Shown here: one piece after another, positions 53,133-64,000 of the stretch
How positions within the stretch are numbered: position 1 is the stretch's first letter
Layout: every line of letters starts with the position of its first letter
Origin: Octopus sinensis
Taxonomy: Eukaryota
Direction of reading: 5' to 3'
Length of the DNA stretch: 64,000 nucleotides
Assembly: GCF_006345805.1 (NCBI RefSeq)
Contig: NC_043005.1
Coordinates: forward strand, 105,462,001-105,526,000
Program-made: the position numbers and the translations under genes
Notes under the pieces: generated by a model
What the model was told of the DNA's origin: nothing
The model's database searches: none
What the model saw: the letters and a program-made list of their open reading frames with translations, nothing else

Positions 53133-54410
53133 ATGGCGAAAAAAATACGGATAAGATTGTTTTGTGGGAGATTGTCCCACCGAAGCAGTGGTTAAAAGAT
53201 ATGGAGGAGAGGATGATGGTGGTTAGAACTTATTCTAAAGTTCTTGATTCCATCACCATCTTCCCAAAACCAATTATAGAAAATGAACTGAAAGACTATT
53301 TGTCCTCTGTGAAATACATATCCCGCGGTGTCAAACATGCAACCGTATGGTTGCTGTTCGACTCCCGGGAAAAGGTTCGCAATTTTGCGAGCCAGCCATA
53401 GGAGGGCAACGGAATTCTGTTCTTCCCGTCGTACTGCGGGAGGAAATTAATAAGAGCCTGGATATGTGTGTTACCCCCAGGAACCGAAGCGGGTTGGATT
53501 GAAGATACCATCCGACGGGGACTGGGGAATAGCGGGCCCAGGCTCTTAAATGTAAGGGTATTGCCGGCGGTCGATTGAGAAGGGCCAAAAGCAATTTTGA
53601 CCCTGTGGACCCCATCGGCCGTAACATATCTGGTTTTTCCAGATTTTTTAAAAATGGATGGCTCAAGTTATCCAGTGATACTTGATGGTCGCCTCCCCTT
53701 GTGTCACTTGTGCCTGGAGTCAATCCACATTAAGAAGGAGTGTCCCCGGGGCCGTGGTAAATCCCGGAGCAGGGAAAGGTGAAGGTGCCCTCCGCTCTCT
53801 CGTTGCAGGGAGAAACGGAGGAAGTTGTTGAGGCATTGGCTTCAACGAGTAGGAAAAGAAAGGTGAGCAACAATGGTTGCTCACCAACAGATGCGCAGGT
53901 TGCGGGAGAAGAGGAGGACCCCTCTAGGTGTGCCGGTAGAGGCCCCGACGCCCGCAACCGTGAAAAGGAAAAAAGAAAAGAAAGAGAAACGGGAGACTGT
54001 CGGCGGATGTCGTTGTGCCGTCGACCGAACCCGATGATCCTCCGGTGGAAGGTGTGCCACTGGAGCGAGACACTCTGTCAGTGAGAATTGTGCCACTGAC
54101 AGAGCAGGCTGAGGCCCCTCCCCGTGAGAAGGAGGCGAAAACCATCGTTTTCTATCTCGGGGAAGGGCCTGCCGAGAAGTGCTTGGACGGTCTTCCAGGC
54201 CGAGAACGATTGGACTCGGACTGTATAGACTGTCCAGGCTGGCCTCCGCAGGTGGCTGCAGAGGCCGTGAGTCTGAAAGAGCTGTTTGCGGTCATGGTGA
54301 CCTTCTAATAAGGAAGAATTTGCATTCCTCTTTCTGGGCCCCGACCTGCCGATGCAGGCTTTCCTGCAGGCGGCGTGTCATTTGCTTGGGGCTCCGATGA
54401 GGAGAATTGA
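53133..54410 (+). pseudogene. ORF1 homolog with CCHC knuckle, several in-frame stops
   Basis: VKYISRGVKHATVWLLF, ILFFPSYCGRKLIRAWICVLPPG and VILDGRLPLCHLCLESIHIKKECP. Confidence 0.8.
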
Positions 54411-54637
54411 TTGTGTGTTTACTGAATAATTTTGTAATGGAGTATTAAGTCTAATAATTGTAAAAACTGTCGTTAAAAAAAAAAGGAACAATGTTTTAGA
54501 GAAGCAGAAAATCGGTGGGTGTTTTCTGCCTTCTCTCATCAACATCATCCTTGTTTCATCATTCACCTCATCAATGTATATGTCCAGCCGGCAAACTACT
54601 CTTTGTAATGCCTTTATGGCAAATTTTAATGAAATAA

Positions 54638-54682
54638 AGTAGCTTGCTTACCAACCACATGGTTCTGGGTTCAGTCCGACTG
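54638..54682 (+). mobile_element. 3' continuation of the split SINE head (includes B box), then truncated
   Basis: agtagcttgcttaccaaccacatggttctgggttcagtccgactg continues the sequence broken at 46251. Confidence 0.9.
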
Positions 54683-55289
54683 AAATATAAAATAAATATA
54701 AAATAAATATAAAAAGGTTAAACAGCAATTTTATGTGTGTAGCAACGTCGCAACATGTGGCAACACTGGTTCTACACATGTGGCAACATGTGGCAACACT
54801 GGTTCTACACAGCGACGGAGTAAAATGACGGTATAAAATTTCATTGCTACTTTGAGAAATTATTGCTCTGCTTTACGAGTTTTCGTATTCGGCGCTCTCT
54901 CCGGGAACCAATTTACTCGTATATCGAAGCATCACAGTACTTATTTGTTATAGCAAACGCATAATATATCGAGTGTAAATCAATAGAGTTGGATAAAATT
55001 TCTGTTTTGTTGCTTATCACTGGTTTCTACATTAAGATAGATACATTCGTACAAACCACTTTAGGAGTCTCTTTGCAGCTCCGCTGATGAAGGCATTATA
55101 GGTCCTGTAATATTACTATATTTTATATCTTATATGTAAAGAATAATGTTATATGTATTTATGTTATTCTAATTATCAGCTTAGTAAATAAATAAACAAG
55201 TTAACATAATTTAATGTCTAAAAGTAGATGAATCACCTGTTGTTCTCCTCCATTTTCTTATTTGCTATATATATATATATATAGATGAT

Positions 55290-55445
55290 CCAAGCATGAA
55301 AACACAAAGAGAAAACAACACGAGGACGTGGAACAAGTATAGAGTTATTGGACGCTCAGGAAAGGAAAGAAAGAAGGGGGATTTAACGTTTCGAGCGGAG
55401 CTCTTCGTCAGAAACATAGGAAAAGGAAAGATCCAAGGAAGGGGA
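55290..55445 (-). mobile_element. PLE-derived short repeat carrying a minimal hammerhead motif
   Basis: Minus strand reads atgttt-CTGACGA-A-gagc-tcc-gctc-GAAACGTT-aaat (55378-55419). Confidence 0.55.
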
Positions 55446-55482
<37 letters not shown>

Positions 55483-55499
55483 AGACTCTCCGTCGAAGG

Positions 55500-55760
55500 C
55501 GACGTTTGAGCATTCAGCTGTTTTGCCGAATGACCTGCACACATTTTTTATAGTGATCAAATGAATGTGCCATGCATTAGCTTCCTCACTCTATGAAACT
55601 GACGTTGAATAGGTGCAGTTTGATGCAGGTGTTGAAGGGATCGGAGTGCAACGTGGGATGAAGTGTTTTCCTCAAGAACAAAACGCACTACCCGGTCTAT
55701 GAACTGAAATCACGATCTAGCGCTCATAAGTCCAGCACTCTGAGCAATAGGCCATGCGCA
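55500..55760 (-). mobile_element. Degraded tRNA-derived SINE
   Basis: Reverse complement begins gcgcatggcctattgctcagagtgctggact and continues ..gaccgggtagtgcgttttgttcttgaggaaaacactt. Confidence 0.6.
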
Positions 55761-56102
55761 CTCACACACACACAAACGCACACACGTATGCATACATGCA
55801 TACATATTTACATATACATATATATACCCATATCTATATATATATGTATATACTTCGATACATATAGTAACAAATATGCTATTACATGTGTGTGTTTGTG
55901 TGTATAGCATATATATTATACTTGGAAATACGTACACACACACACACACACTAACACATACACGCTCTCATATGTACATAAATATGCATCCACATATATG
56001 TATATATATAATAAACATATATAATATGTATATTTTACATATTACTTAATATATAACACGAATATATTTTTCTCAATAATCCTATATATATATATGTGTG
56101 TG

Positions 56103-56151
<49 letters not shown>

Positions 56152-56176
56152 ATATATATATATGTATATCTATCTG

Positions 56177-56273
<97 letters not shown>

Positions 56274-56509
56274 GTATATACATGTATGTATGCATATATA
56301 TATATAAGTATCACTTGAAGAGGAAAGTGAGAGTTGAGAGGCAAGTTTTGTCTAGTGAATGTTTTAAAAAAAGATGGGTGAATGTATCAAGGATGGCACG
56401 TATGAATGACGAAGTCACTTTGACTATGATTCTATGAACTGTAAAGATTAATACAGAGAGTTGCTTATTTGCAAAAAAAAAAGAAATATAACATGTGACT
56501 TCATTGTCC

Positions 56510-56781
56510 GATGTTACCGTGGTTACCGTAGGCTTTTCTTTCCACGGGTAAACCTCACCTGTCCTCCCCTTTACACTTCATATTGACATTTCTGTGATAA
56601 CGATCCCTATTGATCAATTTTTTCCTCCCCCCTTTTTTATCCCCCCCTTTGTGTCCTCTTTCTTTCCTTTTACGATCCCTTTTGATCGAAAACCAAACCC
56701 CCTTTTTTACCCCCAAAAGAAAAGCTCTGCCTTGTAATTTGTCCTGTCTGTGTGCAGCCCTGTGTGGCTAATAAAGAAACA
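56510..56781 (+). mobile_element. 5'-truncated Tx1/L1-like 3' UTR abutting (TCTA)n
   Basis: It is C/T-rich and ends ttgtaatttgtcctgtctgtgtgcagccctgtgtggctaataaagaaac, the same architecture as the other LINE 3' ends here. Confidence 0.55.
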
Positions 56782-56886
<105 letters not shown>

Positions 56887-57154
56887 GTATGTATATACAT
56901 GTATATACATGTATGTGTGAATCTATGCATGTATGTACGTCCTTGTATATGAATGCATAAACATAAGCCTAATTTTAAAACAGCAACATGCATACGTTTC
57001 TTAAACTATCCATACATATGTTAATAGAAGCCATTTTGTATTTCTAAATTTTTTTCTTCCTTCTGCTGTGATAGTTAAAGTATGTGTCAAACTTAGAATA
57101 TTTTCTAAAAGTAAAATATGACATATTTATATAATTTTGAAATGCATTTCTTAC

Positions 57155-57215
57155 CCAATTTGCTGCTTCTGTCAAAGGTTAAAAACTTGATATCTCTAGA
57201 ATGGAATGGGTTATC
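57155..57215 (-). CDS. Candidate 61-nt exon DNPFHSRDIKFLTFDRSSKL (copy 1)
   Basis: Acceptor tattttattcattccag, donor TGG|GTAAGA, only frame 0 open. The H..I..L.F spacing resembles the start of a WD40 repeat. Confidence 0.45.
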
Positions 57216-57497
57216 CTGGAATGAATAAAATATTTTCTATTACACTTTGATGAAGCTTCATAGATTATTCGACATAAAAATCCATTAAGTAAACAATTTG
57301 TATTAAACGGAGAAGAAAAGGAGAGGAAGAAGAAAATGAAGACGATGAAGAGAAGGAAAGGAGGATGGATAGAACTGAATGTCTGTGTGTCTTTTGCGAA
57401 GAGTATTGGGTATTATGATTTAATTCAATTCGCTATTAAGTAATGTCAAAAGTGAAAGATTCGAAATATCTGAATTTATGTGTGCATGCGTATATAA

Positions 57498-57550
<53 letters not shown>

Positions 57551-57605
57551 TATATACACATATACATATGTAGGTATGCACGCATACACACACATATATA
57601 TGTAT

Positions 57606-57795
57606 GTATATACATGTATATACATGTATATACATGTATATACATGTATATACATGTATATACATGTATATACATGTATATACATGTATATACATGTATA
57701 TACATGTATATACATGTATATACATGTATATACATGTATATACATGTATATACATGTATATACATGTATATACATGTATATACATGTATATACAT
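57606..57795. repeat. (GTATATACAT)19 self-complementary decamer array
   Basis: Directly visible. The reverse complement of the unit is a rotation of itself. Confidence 0.95.
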
Positions 57796-58039
57796 GTATG
57801 TGTGAATCTATGCATGTATGTACGTCCTTGTATATGAATGCATAAACATAAGCCTAATTTTAAAACAGCAACATGCATACGTTTCTTAAACTATCCATAC
57901 ATATGTTAATAGAAGCCATTTTGTATTTCTAAATTTTTTTCTTCCTTCTGCTGTGATAGTTAAAGTATGTGTCAAACTTAGAATATTTTCTAAAAGTAAA
58001 ATATGACATATTTATATAATTTTGAAATGCATTTCTTAC

Positions 58040-58100
58040 CCAATTTGCTGCTTCTGTCAAAGGTTAAAAACTTGATATCTCTAGAATGGAATGGGTTATC
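58040..58100 (-). CDS. Candidate 61-nt exon, copy 2
   Basis: Identical to 57155-57215. Confidence 0.4.
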
Positions 58101-58720
58101 CTGGAATGAATAAAATATTTTCTATTACACTTTGATGAAGCTTCATAGATTATTCGACATAAAAATCCATTAAGTAAACAATTTGTATTAAACGGAGAAG
58201 AAAAGGAGAGGAAGAAGAAAATGAAGACGATGAAGAGAAGGAAAGGAGGATGGATAGAACTGAATGTCTGTGTGTCTTTTGCGAAGAGTATTGGGTATTA
58301 TGATTTAATTCAATTCGCTATTAAGTAATGTCAAAAGTGAAAGATTCGAAATATCTGAATTTATGTGTGCATGCGTATATAAGTATATATATATATATAG
58401 GTATATACACATATACATATGTAGGTATGCACGCATACACACACATATATATGTATGTATATACATGTATATACATGTATGTGTGAATCTATGCATGTAT
58501 GTACGTCCTTGTATATGAATGCATAAACATAAGCCTAATTTTAAAACAGCAACATGCATACGTTTCTTAAACTATCCATACATATGTTAATAGAAGCCAT
58601 TTTGTATTTCTAAATTTTTTTCTTCCTTCTGCTGTGATAGTTAAAGTATGTGTCAAACTTAGAATATTTTCTAAAAGTAAAATATGACATATTTATATAA
58701 TTTTGAAATGCATTTCTTAC

Positions 58721-58781
58721 CCAATTTGCTGCTTCTGTCAAAGGTTAAAAACTTGATATCTCTAGAATGGAATGGGTTATC
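58721..58781 (-). CDS. Candidate 61-nt exon, copy 3
   Basis: Identical to 57155-57215. Confidence 0.4.
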
Positions 58782-60104
58782 CTGGAATGAATAAAATATT
58801 TTCTATTACACTTTGATGAAGCTTCATAGATTATTCGACATAAAAATCCATTAAGTAAACAATTTGTATTAAACGGAGAAGAAAAGGAGAGGAAGAAGAA
58901 AATGAAGACGATGAAGAGAAGGAAAGGAGGATGGATAGAACTGAATGTCTGTGTGTCTTTTGCGAAGAGTATTGGGTATTATGATTTAATTCAATTCGCT
59001 ATTAAGTAATGTCAAAAGTGAAAGATTCGAAATATCTGAATTTATGTGTGCATGCGTATATAAGTATATATATATATATGTATGTATATGCATATATATG
59101 CATGTATGTATATATATATATATGTATGTATATGCATATATATGCATGTATGTATATATATATATATGAATGTATATATAAATATATACGTATGTTTTTA
59201 TATGCAGGCGTGTGTGCAAAGAAAAACTCCCGATGGTGAATGAGCGTATTCTGCACATCCAATTCTTGTCAGAACATCCGTCTTGAAGAAAGATATTCCG
59301 ATGTAAAACATGAGGATTGCGAGGTATATCGTTATCCCAAAAATGTTGGGTCGTCGGAAGTACTCGACAGCTGACTGCAGTTTTGTGCACACTTGATTGA
59401 CAACAATCGGTTTCATAAAAGAAGCAAAGAAATAGTAGACATTTCAAAAGTATCTGATGTCGTTGTTGTGTTGGGGTCCATGCCTGCCTGCGACAGTCTA
59501 ACACTGTCCCTGCTCCGGTTTCTACGCTCGTTCGAGGTCACACGACCAGTGTAACATAGTTAAGAGTAGTTGCAATTCTCTGCTTTGCTCGCGTTTCTGC
59601 GTCTTCCAATTCTACCGCAGTCCATTTATGTCGAAGAAGTGCTTCCACTATATGCTTTTGTGTGTGTGTGTGAGTATGCTTGTACATACATACATACATA
59701 CCTACATGCATACAGTAATGAGTGTTGGGTCCTGACTTAAATAGCAAAAACAAGTGGCCCAAATAGATTTCATTCGGAAAATCTCTAAAGGAACGTTGTT
59801 CGAGAAGGTGCGTAGCCGCTACTTCTTGGTATGGAAAGATCACAGCTCTTGTACTACGGCCATATGATTGAGAATGTCGCAGGAAAAATGGAAAGTTGGA
59901 TTCCTCAAGTCGAGCCAACAGGTAGAATACCTAGAGGTAAATCAAGGATGAGATAATTGGATAACATCCATGGTCTCAAATTAGTGCAGTGTGGAAAGCC
60001 ACCAGGGAAGTATAAAGATGTTTGCTTGTCATAGCCCAATAGAGGACGTGCCTGGGTACTCTACCACCACGACCCTTCCCGGAACAGTGGGTGAAGAAGA
60101 TGGA

Positions 60105-60138
<34 letters not shown>

Positions 60139-60139
<1 letters not shown>

Positions 60140-60540
60140 TCGAGAGCCGGCTGAAAAGTGTGTAGGCGGACCAAGGTACTCTCATGGAATGTGATCAAAC
60201 GAGCTTTACTTCTCAACTTGCAGTTTACACTCTTTTTCCATGTGTTGCAGTGCATCGGTTCCATTGCTGAGCAAACTTTCATCCTGTCTGTCCAAAAAGT
60301 CTTCAACAACAGATATGACGTCATCATCACAAAAATGCTTATTCCCAAGTATTTTTTGTTGTTGGGGAACAAGTGATAATCAGAAGGAGCCAAATCAGGA
60401 TTATTAGGGAGGCTGATTAACCAGTTCAAAGCCACACTCACACATCAGACATTGAAACCAAGGACTTGTGTGCTGCTGCATTGTCCTGATGAAATAAAGA
60501 CCCCTTTCCGTAGTTTTTTTCTGGTCGTTTGGTCTTGATA
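60139..60540 (-). mobile_element. Mariner 3' fragment
   Basis: LFHQDNAAAHKSLVS..FELVNQPP and PDLAPSDYHLFPN (YSPDLAP motif). A mariner-type terminus cgagagccggctgaaaagt lies near 60140. Confidence 0.85.
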
Positions 60541-60553
60541 GTCTTTTGTATAT

Positions 60554-60585
<32 letters not shown>

Positions 60586-60603
60586 ATATATATATATATA
60601 TAT

Positions 60604-60730
60604 TAGCTGCCAATTCTGTACAAGACATTGTAGATCTTTAGCTGGGTTAAAAAGTCACATTCGATCACAGCACTAATACCAGTTAAGCTTCGTGCAATGG
60701 CCATACTCGATAACGAGGGGGCAGCCATCA
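60604..60730 (+). mobile_element. 5'-truncated RTE LINE 3' end within (TA)n
   Basis: It encodes CQFCTRHCRSLAGLKSHIRSQH* (RTE C-terminal motif), followed by a short 3' UTR, and TA runs flank both sides. Confidence 0.8.
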
Positions 60731-62169
60731 TATATATATATATAATATATATATATATATGCACACACACACACACACATACACACACACACACACATAT
60801 ATATATACTACGGGCTTCTTCACAAGGTATTGTTCAGGTCGGGTACAGTTGTAGAAGAAACATGGCTGGTCAGAAGTGTCGCGCAGTGTGACTGAACCCA
60901 AGCCTGCACCCATCTAGATTTTTAAGTACAATAAAACTTTTATTTCCGGTGCCATCCAATAATCTAGAGAATGTGCCATAGAAAAAAATCAAAAGTTGTT
61001 TAAGGTTTACCCTCACCTACTAAACAGGAGTAGTTTTACTTCATTCATATGCCTTCATGTTGTTGTGTTCAAATTTCCTGATATCAAACTGGATCAGGAA
61101 ATGGTCGGCTTCACACTGTTTGGGGGGGAAGGAGGGATCTCAATTGTCAGTAACAATTTTAGTTTTACTCTTTGCAGCCTTTTATGCCCGGATCATTTAA
61201 GTAGAGAAACAGGACTTTGGAGAACTTCTTGAAGAACATTGTTCATGACTTTAGTCTAAACTAAATGTAATCCGTTAATGTTAGTATGTTGTGTTGGTTT
61301 AAAACTTGATAATAATCATTTAATACTAATTATTTCATTAGATAACATTCCTTGAACACCAATGTTATCTATAATGAAGAAGTTGATCAAAGCAGATTCT
61401 ACCAATTACAGAGTTATATGCTATATTAATTTGGAGTTTAGGAGGTTGTTATTATGTCGCTGGTAAAGTTATTTACGAGTGTTACTGCTTTGCAATAGAG
61501 ATTTAATCTTTTGTATTTTATATTTAGGTAGAACCATGATCCCTGGCCGTAGCAGATACAGTTAAGTAAGACAAAAGAGTAGGAAGAAAAGTATTGGCCC
61601 TTTAACATCGCAGGTCATGTCAGACTGGTCCACCTCTGTTCACAATAATAAGTGAATATTGACGCGAGGAGAAATTGTAATGGTGGGGTCGTCTGGAGAA
61701 ATGTTCAATACTAGGTTTGGTGACTGAAACTCAGAACAGATGACAAAAAAAAAAGAAAGAAAGAAAAACCAATGGTGTTTTGGTTAGAATGTTGTGGAAG
61801 AGGTAACTGTATACTATAGGAGGAAATGGTAGCACCAATAGCATTTTTCGTTGCTTCAAAGACAGATGAAAGGAAGGGGGATTTTTATCATAAAACCAAA
61901 GACCCTTGCTTCAATGCATTGTACAAAGTGGGGCATCTAAAGATCGAGTGGTGGTATTTAACTGGGCAACGGATTAAGTCTATTAAACTATAAAACAAAG
62001 GACCTTCCGACATGTTTCCGTCAGCCAAATTTCACTAATAAGGCTTTGAACGTCCCAGGGCTCTGATAGAAGCCACATTACTTAGATGTCATATTTAAAG
62101 GTACATCAGATGCAAAGGATTACCGTCACTATATTTGCAATGTCTGTTTTTATTTCTATTTATTTCTTT

Positions 62170-62558
62170 ACCAGCAGTATCGCCCGGCGTTGCTCGGGTT
62201 TGTTTCGACTCTTTAGAATTAGAATTTTTGAAAAGTAAAAATTTTGCATTATGTAGCTTGTTATTCTCTTTAAGTGAACATTTTTCTAGTTGAAATACAC
62301 CGAAAAATGGAGACACAGCAGTCACAAAATCGTAAAAATAGGGATTTTCATAGAAAAAAAAGCACCTTTTTGGTGTAAATAATTTTTGATGTTAACATAG
62401 TCCAATTTGAATTTTTCTTCCACGGAATGAAGAGCAAGCCTTCTTCTATCATACTCTCAAATTTGGTCAACTTGTGCCGCAGGGTCTCGGAGGAGATAGT
62501 GTTAGTTGAAGGCTCCCAAACCTGCCATACACAGACAACTTCAGCTTTATATATAGAG
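62170..62558 (+). mobile_element. HINE/Lep1-like non-autonomous Helitron/Helentron derivative
   Basis: 5' accagcagtatcgcccggcgttgctcggg hairpin and 3' acagacaacttcagctttatatatagag. Confidence 0.7.
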
Positions 62559-63150
62559 CGATTTATCTATACATTTTGTATTGGGATATTTTAAGTTTAA
62601 GGGTCAAAAGTTAGAAATTTATTAAATCCCAACTTGATATTAGATTTGATATTACATTAAATTTGATGTTATTTCAATGACCATTCTCTGTTGTACCAGG
62701 ATCTTGTTACATGTCTTCATCTTTTACTAGAACTATGGATTGTTGGAAAGATACTTATGTCATTAGCCTTGCTGATTGATGGAAACATATTGATTAGGAA
62801 TAGAATTTAAAAAAACCCTCATTGTTACTCTTGTTAAAAACGAGAAAACGCGACCATTCGACATGCTAGAAAATGCAGACCAATTACGTTCTTCTGTCAA
62901 AATACGCTCCAAGTATGGAAGACATATCGGAACATTCATTTTGTCATAGCTATGCAATGTCCGAGAAAACGCCTGTAGCCATGTGTCTGCTCAGTTCCGA
63001 ACGACCTTTCCCTAAACAACATCGAGAATTCTTTTACAGGATTCTGATTTTCTACAGCTGGTTTGGTTTTCTCGCTCTGTATCCCATACAGCCTTTCTTT
63101 CAACCATTTGATATTTCCGTTAAAACATTAGAATGCAGCTAAAATAAAGA

Positions 63151-63312
63151 GGCGCAGGAGTGGCTGTGTGGTAAGTAGCTTGCTAACCAACCTCATGGTT
63201 CCGGGTTCAGTCCCACTGCGTGGCATCTTGGGCAAGTGTCTTCTGCTATAGCCCCGGGCCGACCAATGCCTTGTGAGTGGATTTGGTAGACGGAAACTGA
63301 AAGAAGCCTGTC

Positions 63313-63358
<46 letters not shown>

Positions 63359-63582
63359 GTATGTGTGTGTTTGTGTGTCTGCGTTTGTCCCCCTAGCATT
63401 GCTTGACAACCGATGCTCGTGTTTTTACGTCCCCGTCACTTAGCGGTTCGGCAAAAAGAGACCGATAGAATAAGTACTGGGCTTACAAAGAATAAGTCAC
63501 GGGGTCGATTTGCTCGACTAAAGGCGGTGCTCCAGCATGGTCGCAGTCAAATGACTGAAACAAGTAAAAGAGTAAAAGAGAG
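63151..63582 (+). mobile_element. Full-length tRNA-derived SINE (uninterrupted reference for the split copy at 46213/54638)
   Basis: A box tggctgtgtgg, B box ggttcagtccc, internal (TA)n(TG)n and a 3' (gtaaaaga)n tail. Confidence 0.92.
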
Positions 63583-64000
63583 AGAGAGAGTAATTTAAAA
63601 TTTTCCCACAGCATACAATTTCATATGAAGCATTGAGTTTGTGCATTTCTCTGAAGAACTTCTAGAGAAGGAGCATGAGTGACTGCCAGTTTCTAATTCG
63701 ATGAAGAGTTCTCAGAGTATCTTTGTGATAAATGGTCAGATGAGATCTTGCAAATAATGAATCTCTAATACTTTCCTTCTTATATAAATGAAAGAGTTAC
63801 AGCCTAAAATTTGGACATTAGATTCAATACTAGTTTCTTGGCTGCAATTAGAATCTACAAAACATTGTTTTCAATCGTTTTCGAATAACGTGAAAGGGAG
63901 GCAGTGGGGAACACCTTTACAGTGTTGTAGTCCCTGCACTCAATGGTATGGCTTAAGATTGAAGTGGCATGATATGAGGATAGTGAGCTGAGTCTTTCTG

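Larger units (their letters stand above)
52456..54637 (+). mobile_element. ORF1-only Tx1/L1-like element in tandem with the full-length LINE
   Basis: It is flanked by target copies at 52441-52455 and 54638-54652. Its last 39 bp are 36/39 identical to 52402-52440. No EN or RT is present. Confidence 0.82.
56911..59066. repeat. Tandem triplication of a 590-bp core (56911-57500, 57796-58385, 58477-59066) with variable microsatellite spacers
   Basis: The cores appear identical by eye. Periods are 885 and 681 bp. Confidence 0.95.

Noticed and set aside
61520-61720. Ig- or cadherin-like snippets (PDDPTITISP, LTVSATARDHGS) on the minus strand
   Set aside because: They fall in different frames with stops and the wrong spacing for either domain.
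62760-62960. Serine-protease-like VPICLP in a minus-strand ORF
   Set aside because: It is a six-residue match with no catalytic-triad motifs nearby.

Overview
This is AT-rich, microsatellite-dense eukaryotic DNA. The SINE, HINE and LINE families resemble those I associate with octopod cephalopod genomes; that assignment is an inference from memory, not a database result. No intact multi-exon host gene or intact transposon ORF can be supported, and nearly all ORFs in the supplied track are microsatellite artefacts. The window holds three mariner and one Tc1 relic, Penelope-like (PLE) GIY-YIG relics, several hammerhead-ribozyme (HHR) motifs, RTE LINE fragments, tRNA-derived SINEs, Helentron-associated HINE-like elements, a solo LTR, a MITE and two recent tandem segmental duplications. 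The most notable structure is at 46.2-54.7 kb. A tRNA-derived SINE head is split at a 15-bp site by two head-to-tail Tx1/L1-like elements, and that site occurs three times. One element is near full length (ORF1+ORF2). The other encodes only ORF1 and shares just the last 39 bp with the first. A second ORF1-only relative sits inside a HINE at 14.7-16.5 kb. Together these suggest a repeat-targeting LINE with protein-coding, RT-less satellites. A few candidate host exons, mostly on the minus strand, are reported at low to moderate confidence. Coordinates of degraded elements are approximate.
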